Translations under genes and position numbers: made by a program | The notes under the pieces: generated by a model | Databases searched by the model: none | What the model saw: only the letters and a program-made list of their open reading frames with translations | Told to the model about the DNA's origin: nothing | Assembly (NCBI GenBank): GCA_024704765.1 | Contig: JAKMXF010000133.1 | Location: 372,001-436,000, forward strand | Length of the DNA: 64,000 nt | Origin: Oopsacas minuta | Lineage: Eukaryota > Animalia > Porifera | Reading direction: 5' to 3' | In this document: one piece after another, positions 55,669 through 64,000 of the stretch | How positions within the stretch are numbered: position 1 is the first letter of the stretch | How the letters are laid out: each line of letters opens with the position of its first letter

Positions 55669-58600
55669 ATGGAGAATGAAGATATTAAGCAGTTGGAAAT
55701 AAAGGTAGGGAATTCTTATATTTTGTAGTTTTATCGTCACAATATTCTTTCTGCTATATGGCTAATTATTGTAAATTTTCCCACAATTGACACTAAGTTC
55801 ACACCTTTTCAGTCAATTCAAAATTCCCCATCTCGCCAAGTAATTCTATTAAGCGTATTTCTGTTGACTATGGCATATGTGTGTATTGAGAGCTGTACTC
55901 CTTTAGCTATCAAATGCAGTATCATACGAAGAGCGTAGTGCTATTCGCACTAGATTACGAGTATTGAGAAAGGAGATGAATTCTGCAAGAAGTGTAATCT
56001 CCTCTCTCCCTATACAATCTAGAACAGATATTGAATCTGTAAGTTTAAGCATATGTCTGTTTGTATTCGAGGCTATTCATATAATATCACTACTAATTGA
56101 ATATCATATCAGATGTACTAGCTATGTAGTGTACCTTAAAATGGAAAATACAAATAGGTATCACACTTAAACCAGTAAAGATTTCTCGATATCAGTAACT
56201 TAATATACAAGTATACTTTATGGATTGTTAATTGTTAGTAAACTCAAACGGAAGCTTCATTTAGTTATTACTGTTTCTGATTGAATAATATTCGATTTCT
56301 ACCACACATCAGCTAGATTGAATTATTTCTAGTTAGTTACAATATGGCTTAATGTATTAATCACGTTTTAGTTTTTGGCTTAACAAACCAATCCTATGCA
56401 AATCCATACTGGAAGATGTTTCGAATTTTTCTATTTTCTAATACAACTCCCGTTACATAGAACAAGGGTATATCCAAATCCCCGCTTAGGTATATGAAAG
56501 TCTGGAATTGTAATAATATAATCCCAATTCTTCAAAGCAATATATATTTTATCGGTTATAAAAGTGATTTTCGCGGTCCCTTGAGCTTCGATATAACGAG
56601 AGTTAACTTTGGGTTATTTAAAACAATAAATTTAGGAGAAAGTAATAATCTTTATTTTAATCATTCAAATGTTATAAAGTTTCTTGATTAGCATTTTACA
56701 AATTTACTCAAAAATATTCTCTCAATAGAGTTTAACACGAAGTCATCGATTTATCTTTTTACGTTTGTAGCATACATATGTTAGTTCGTATCAGTTCAAC
56801 TACTATTAGTGTCAGGTATTACGTAGACTGTTGCCAGGATGATGGAAGTTTAACTTGAATCCAAAAGTCTACAAATGGCAATATTATTGTGCATTATTCC
56901 GATCCGTATTTCTTGGCTATCACTGCTGCTTTAAAACGTTACTTAGACATCAGTGAGTTCATAGACTTGATTATGTATCTGGGACACTTATTCATTTGCT
57001 AATTGGCTACATCAGTTTTTGCCTGGAGCTGTTTGACCACATCCTCCACTGGTTATATTGCTGTTAGCCCAGGTATAGTCAGTCAGTGATCAGTCCACCT
57101 GATACGAATTATTGAATTATTCCTCATTGAACTAGCCTGTAGCTGTTAGAGATTGGATCTCAGTTTCCATTAATATATCACATTAGTATATTCTGCGAAC
57201 TACCATTTCTTATCTCTTCTCAATAAATTGAAATTTCCCTGTTCTGAAGTACTTTATCCAAATTTGGACATACATGAGAGTTGCATTTTATCTCTCTTGT
57301 TTCACCATTATATCTACTATTCATAGAATATTCAGTTAATCTCTGAACTAATGTCATGCTTCCATTCATAAACCTGTATTCTGCTATAATTATTAGTAAT
57401 AAATTCATTCTAGTTCAGGGCTATGTCGTTTAGAACTCTGTAGTTTCTTGCAAAGTAACTAAAGTTCACATGTAATTGTTTATGCATTCTACACCAATGT
57501 CTGTAACATGACATAAGTTGACCATTCTATCAGCTGGCTTCTTGAATGAATTTTTGCATAAAAACGAGTAGTAAACTTACTGAACTCTGCTATACCTTTG
57601 TCTGATTCAATAATCTCAGATATGTAGCAATTCGCTAATCCCAGAATTCATCTGTTGCCAGTATCCTACAAGGCTCTCTAAACTTGCATAGTTTTCTATC
57701 TATGAGCTGTTTGTTATAAATACGCGATTATTCACTTTAACTTTAACTAAACTCCTAAATATACATAAATGAAGAGGACTAGAAGCGTTTTAGTGCGAGT
57801 TGTAAGTTCTTTATGAATAATTAATAATTTAGTAGTAAATAATGCAATTATTGACGCTATCTAAATACCAAATTTGAATTGTTTTAAGTTTTATTATTTA
57901 TCAATTATTCTATAGACACAACGTCCAAAATCTGCTATATTAACTAACGGTCATGGCAGTAACGCTCATGCACCAGTAGAGAATGGACACAGCCGTAAAT
58001 CACTAGCAGAGAAAACTCCACCTAGTAGTCATGTCAGATCCTCTAAATTTACTAATTTTTCTAAAGATTTCAATCCATTGGATAATTCATCAGCTGTCAA
58101 ATCGATTGGAGATATCAATGTAAGTTTAATATCATTATCAGCACTATTACAATACAATTCTTCGAGCTGCAGTTTATCAATTATGTATTCCTACAGAAGA
58201 GACATTCTTATCAACCTACATCTACTGGACATGATAAAATCACCACTTCACAAACTCCACCTTTTAAGAGAAAAGAGACCAAGGATACATGGTAAGCTAT
58301 TACACTAATACTTATATTATAGTTATTATTACTTGTTTACATATGTAGTGAGACTAGAGGGAGATCTAGAACAATAGATACTGTTATGAGCAGTGATATT
58401 GGTCCTGAGGCTATCAGTAAGTCCAACATTTATACAATACCTACAATACTATACACGTAGTAGTTTATATATTATAATTCTCATTTTAGCAATACAGACT
58501 CTAACCAAACAACAAATACAATTCTGTCTCACAGAGTATGTGAATAGAGAACTTAAGCCTAACAGGAAGATAGTACCTACTGGGGAGAGTCTATATCTTG

Positions 58601-60478
58601 TGTGTGCTGACCCTAGAATATTGTGGTGAGTTCGATTCATTGTGCGTAATATCCTTTGTACAGCAAAATTTTTGGAATTACATATTTCAGTTTGTAACGT
58701 TAATTTACACATCTCTTCTACAGCCGTCTTGTAAATGTTTCAAAGAAAAATACAATTGACATGCGTTGCCTGACAGAGATTAGTGGTTAGTAATACTTGT
58801 CAACTTATCGTGACTTTAACTCTCACTCCATTTATTTACCTTACAATAATTTATAGACACAGCTAGTGATACCCAGATTAAGATAGCTGTAGAAGAGAAT
58901 ATGACATTAGCTGTAGAATCAGCTAGATCTATAGGCTGTCATATTACAGAAGATGATGTTCTTAAAATAATACATCATGATCAAGATATTATACATAAGA
59001 TATTACTCAGAATTCTACGGGTATGTAACGATATTATTTCTAGAATTTAAGGGACCCCAAATAATCTATCTCGTATCTGCCAAATTCTTCGTTTGATGAG
59101 ATTCATTTGTATATGACTAGGAATTCGCTCTATTTATTTTTCACTCAGTTTCCAAAAGCTCCGTTTGTGGAGCTTTCACTGGATATTATTGATGCTGCAT
59201 ATTTAGGCTAGAGTTATAGACTTCGGAGGAATGGGAGATATGCCTTCTAGCTACTTCGGTGAACCTTCCTTCATCTTTGAACAGCTCAATCTTAATATAC
59301 CCACAGACTCCAATGAAACAGTTCCTCCTCCCACGGATGCTACACAATTTGTCTCAGGCAAGCTATCTTCAAACAATGACAAGAAGTCACCAGAAGCTAA
59401 GAAGTAAGTTTGAGTAGAAATATGTCCCTTCATGATCATGCTAATACATATTATACAAATTAGCCTAGCTTTGAAATAGAATATGCAATGTCTAGACACT
59501 AATAAAAGAGGTAATTAGGATTGGTTGCTTAACAATTATTCGATTGAATTATTAATTGCTACATATTTATGCTATGTACTGAACAGGTCAGAAGAATCAA
59601 GAAATACCGATATAGGTGGAATTAAAATCCGTAGAGTATGTTCCGATGTTCTTCCTGATGTGATTGAACGTCCACAGATATCCAAAGCCCAACAGAGCTC
59701 TGACTTCAGAGGTCTAACTGCTTCATTCGAGAAGAACCGTGTAGAACAAATCTCCAGACAGATGAGTGGAGATTCTCCCAAGAAACTTGACTCTGTACAA
59801 ATTGAGACTAAGAACACACCTACTAGTTTAAGGAGACATCATAAAGATGTAATATTCACTAGATCCTCAGAATTACTATCCAGAGAATCAGCTTCATTGG
59901 TTGAAGAACACAATATCTCTAGGACACAAACTCCCCCGTTAGCTAATAGCGATGCTAGCAGTGAGATTACTAAGCCTCCCTCTCGATTTCCAAAGAAACA
60001 TACCTCTCCTCAAGTACAAGCATCTACTGCTTACAGATCACCTCGCACAGCCAAGAAGACCGAATCAAAAGAAGATAAACCCGATTCTGTTTTCGTAACA
60101 AATCCTGAAAATAAATCTACACAACAGAATGAATCAGCTGTTACTGAATTAAGTAAAGCTGACACAATCACATCACCTGAACCTGTCATACAAAATCCAA
60201 CCCCTACACCCTCTCTACCACAAAACCATGTCCCTCAGGAATCTCCCCCTCCCCCCTCAAAACTCACAATGGATTTATCGAAACAAGTAGCTGATTCTCC
60301 AGCGGATTCACCTTTGAACTCAACAGATAGCACTCCCGTAGCATCTATTGATAACGCGAAAGATTCAGATGAATATCTTCTAACACTACAGGATAATGAC
60401 CCTAGTCTAACATATGAACAGCGGAAACGTATTCGGCAATTAAAACGGATGCTTAAACAGAATTTACCCAAAAAATAA
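55669..60478 (+). CDS. Smoothelin-motif / calponin-homology (plastin CH1-like) protein, 10 exons reconstructed by hand (55669-55704, 55907-56038, 57916-58119, 58197-58291, 58349-58416, 58490-58625, 58724-58785, 58857-59020, 59207-59403, 59587-60478)
   Basis: All junctions are GT-AG with matching phases. N-terminal LEIKLSNAVSYEERSAIRTRLRVLRKE and C-terminal LTYEQRKRIRQLKRML resemble the smoothelin ERxxIR motif; the CH part DPRILCRLVN..NTID..EENMTLAVESARSIGCHI resembles plastin CH1. Confidence 0.75.
56441..56610. mobile_element. MITE family A copy in the large intron of the smoothelin-like gene
   Basis: caactcccgttacatag ... cgcggtcccttgagcttcgatataacgagagtt. Confidence 0.75.
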
Positions 60479-60619
60479 ATTTAATCCCATTATTCCTTCC
60501 ACCCGCAAGAGCCAGTTATATAGATATGATTGTTAGAGTTGAGTATTATTTGTTTGATGTAACTTTTATTTAATTTCCCTCTCTGTTTGCAGTTGACAAG
60601 TTTTAAGAGTTTATATATT

Positions 60620-61270
60620 TTGTGTTCACTTCTTTCTTTCTTGATCTGCAATTCTTATCCCATCTTGTTTCTGGCAAATTCATTATGTTAAAGTGTCTAC
60701 AATCTTGAATATAATGTTATTTTGGTCTGAGATAGGCGAGTGATAGTTGATAAGAATCAAACACTTAATAACTGGTGTGTAGACTCCTATCTTATCAGAT
60801 ATACTGGCTAGTGTTGGCTTACATTTGAGACGGAGAAAGATAGACAGCCACAATAACGTTATGGCCTCCAGAAATGTAATCTGAAATATTCTTTAATAGA
60901 TGGAGCATGAAAAGTTCTTTCTAATGTAATTACTAACGAATCTTCCTTGTGTAGTCACTAGCAGGTTTATTCAGATTGCATATAATGTCGTTCTATGAAT
61001 TGCGACTACATAAACAGCAAAATATATCATTCTGTATTCAATACCAGTGGTCAGCATTTCTACTAGCATCCGATCTCTTCTGTGAAATGCTTTTTGTGTA
61101 ATCTTGCGACGTTCTGCCATCTAGAATTTATTTTCCAAACTTGAATTCATTCAGTTTCGTTGCCACTGAGATTCGTTGCCACTGAGATATATCCTGAAAT
61201 TTTCACTTTCTGTAGACTTCTATTTTCTCATCAATTCTGCAGACTTCTTGGTGGTGAATTTCTAAATGCA
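60620..61270 (-). pseudogene. Decayed coding-like sequence, possibly an NHL-repeat family pseudogene
   Basis: Stop-riddled fragments HHQEVCRIDEKI, LHKEDSLVITLERTFHAP, DGIRIADQ; a 16-bp tandem duplication (ttcgttgccactgaga x2) causes a frameshift. Confidence 0.3.
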
Positions 61271-61361
61271 CACGAGGATATTTCCTTTACATTTAATATC
61301 TGTGTTAGTTCTAATTGTTTGAATAAGTTCCCACATTAACAAGCAGGGGAATAGGAATGAC

Positions 61362-64000
61362 ATGGCCACTTCAACTACATCAAGTATAAATAGCGGTGAG
61401 TCCACAGTTGAAAGCATTTTGCAATTGAATTATACGATTTTTGAATCACTTGACCCAAGAAACAGTACAGAAATTTCACATTTCTCAAAGACAGAAGCAT
61501 TCCCCCAATTGACAACCATTACTCCGATTAAAGTTACAGAAAATTTATTGACTAACAAAGTTCGGAATTCCTTTTCTCCCTCTGAAGCGAGTACTGATAC
61601 AATTACATACAAGTCTATAGCAAAAGGTGAATCAATGAAAAGTGAATCTTCTCATTCAAGTTCCTCTCTCAATTCTACGAAGCATTCTCTGGAAGGAATG
61701 CCTAGCCTACACCCGATACAAGTTAAAATACTCAAAGAATTGAAGAAGAATCTAGAAACTACTCGAGATAAGGTAATCACGGTCTTTACAACCTTTTGTA
61801 AATTTGTATTACATGTATTTATTATTGCGTATCTTTACAGGTAAAGAAATTGGAATTAGACAACAGACAGATACCCACCCTCAAGAAGAGGTTAGATCAG
61901 TTAGAAACAGAATTATGTTTACAGAACATTAGCAATCCAGAAGATAGTTCTCTTAATTTCACAAATCTTCTTTCCAGCTCAATTCCCGTCTCTCGTCTCT
62001 CCTCTTCTCCTCTCTCAGAGTTAGAGCTTACGCCAACTCTCTTACTAGCTGAAATATACAGAGTGTTAAATTGTGACGGAACCGTGAGTTAACTTAGTCT
62101 ACTTTGCACTTGCTAATTAGCTTAGTGCCTAAAATATATGACTGACTAGTTATATCTTAATCATTTACTTGCAATAATGCATTTTACTAGCCTAATGGAA
62201 ATTGATAATATCCTATCACTATTAATATTAATTGCTAATCTCTTCAATTAACTTTTCCTTCTTCCTTATGCAACCAATTTCCTGCACTAATCTAAGCAAT
62301 TAGGAATCTGACTAATGGTTTCGATTAATCAAATTTGACGATTGAAAATTTGAAGCCACTGCTTCCTAAACTAAATTCCTAAACATCTAAAAAATTGTTT
62401 GTTTCCTTTAGCAACCACATTGGCTAATGGCATGTTGCATACTCTTTGAAATAGAGGCTCCGTCTTTGCACCGAATGGATTTTAAATGGAGTATCTAACT
62501 TCCATATTTGCCACAATTCTACTTCCATTAATTATTCAATATACTTTTGCTGATGTCAATTGCTCGGTTAATAATTCTGTCTTATATTTTGAGATTATCT
62601 AATCGCCTCCACATATATTATAATGATTACTATTAATATGGTTAACATCATTGAGGGATTGTATTAACATTGGTGGGAGTTTAATTTCAATTATATCAAA
62701 TTGACCTTCCCTCGTATCATGAAGTTATACATCCCCTCCCTCTTTTATTGCTCAGTACAATCTTGTGAGCTGTGAACTCTCTCAGTTTAATTGTTATTCG
62801 ATGATGAATTTCTCCATAGAATAGTTTATCTTTTACCCGTCAATATTATGATAGCATAACGATTAATATTGTCCATATTCTATTCCTCTTATCGTCGCAA
62901 GGTCTCGTACTCTCCAGTTGTTCGATTATCCAATATAAGATACGAATATTGTGTGTTAGTGTGATATATATATACACACTATGACCTCTATAATCTATAT
63001 TGCCTTATAAATAGAATGCGTAGTAATTCTATTATCTTTATAAGAATCGTCATACAGATAAGAACATTTATTATTCAAATATTCTAGGGATTACCAAACG
63101 GTTCTGGAGCCAGTAAGACTTCTGAATTTTTGCCTCCTCTCCGTAAGATCCTTCTCAAGAGGATAAATGAATTGAAAAGGAATGAATTGCAAGGAGCAAC
63201 AGCTCAGCAAAAAATCCTAGACACTCTGTCCAGACAAGTAAGTGTATAGCTAGATGTTATACATAGTGTTAATTGAACTATTTGCAATCAGCTGATTCTA
63301 ATTATACTACTCTATACTTAATCTAATATCAGAAACTGCTAATATTTTCAGTGTCCTAATATGCAACTAAGAATTGATTTAACCAGCTGTGTGATTATTA
63401 TCTAATAACCTATTATCGCTATTATAGAATTATAATGAATCTATTTATTTATCTCATCTGTAAGCTTTTTACGTGTATTACACATTGTATTAGGTAGTTT
63501 GTATGAACACGAAAGGCGAAGAACTGAACAGAAAGTTATTAGATTTCAGGGCTAGCATAAAGATGGTCTCAACTGCTCGTGAACAGATCACAGAGAGAGG
63601 AATAGCTTATTTCCAGGACCAATGGGATTGTCTCATCCTTGATAAATCTCCTCCACAAGAGCGAGTGAAGAAATTAGAAAGTCTATGTGCTCAGTTACAA
63701 CATAAAGTAGATCACTATAAGAACTCTATTATGTTCTATAAGACTGAGAATGATACTCTAATCACTCAGCTACAACCATTCAAAACAGCTTCAAAAGCTA
63801 CTACTTCTATTCTGGAGGAGGTTAGTAGATTATACCAAGAAATTATGTTCGAATTGATTGCAATGCATACCATCTACACAGTTTGAAATTTATTCCGTTT
63901 TGTTTAGGTAAAGTCTTTACGTACTCTTGTTAAGAACACTCAAAAAGAAATCTCCACACGAACAGCAGAGAATACTAAAATATCTGAGGAGCTAGATGCT
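61362..64000 (+). CDS. Uncharacterised multi-exon coiled-coil protein; runs off the right edge
   Basis: S/T-rich N-terminus, then heptad-rich exons (~61362-61770, ~61841-62083, ~63087-63236, ~63495-63820, 63909-64000) with GT-AG boundaries. Confidence 0.65.
62600..62830 (-). pseudogene. BTB/POZ-domain pseudogene fragment in an intron of the coiled-coil gene
   Basis: ITIKLREFTAHKIVLS, then after a frameshift HDTREGQFDIIEIK; resembles the BTB consensus (F.AHK.VL...ES...IEI); flanked by stop codons. Confidence 0.5.

Noticed and set aside
3221-56610. Dispersed family-A repeats as a CRISPR-like array or an autonomous transposon
   Set aside because: Copies are scattered, variable and TIR-bounded, with no regular spacing; no transposase, reverse transcriptase or cas ORF is recognisable in the window.

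Overview
Eukaryotic (animal) genomic DNA: AT-rich, very gene-dense (about 27 protein-coding genes in 64 kb), with short GT-AG introns, many intronless housekeeping genes and many small TIR-type MITEs. The overall signature suggests a compact sponge genome, probably a glass sponge (inference, not proven). Genes, left to right: CEP83, ORC1, NOL10, KLHL2/3 with OCA2 nested in an intron, an NHL-repeat protein, ELOVL, SMYD, RNF123, a CILP-like protein, NDUFV2, ATG101 with an LPCAT-like gene nested, NUDT9 with GUF1 nested, an SDR-like protein, MCC, a tandem NDUFA8-like protein, DGK-theta, NDUFA8, EFR3 with tRNA-Val and a stand-alone NRPS condensation-domain gene nested, two Ig-like receptors, PCYT2, a smoothelin/CH-domain protein and a coiled-coil protein. 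Main observation: 14 of 16 genes left of about 36 kb are on the minus strand and all 11 genes to the right are on the plus strand. They are packed head-to-tail, three are nested on the same strand as their host, and most start codons sit 1-8 nt after a splice-acceptor-like YAG. Together these point to operon-like transcription resolved by spliced-leader trans-splicing. Several enzyme-fold proteins have lost catalytic residues (C domain, LPCAT, SDR). Protein identifications come from remembered family motifs; no database search was run.
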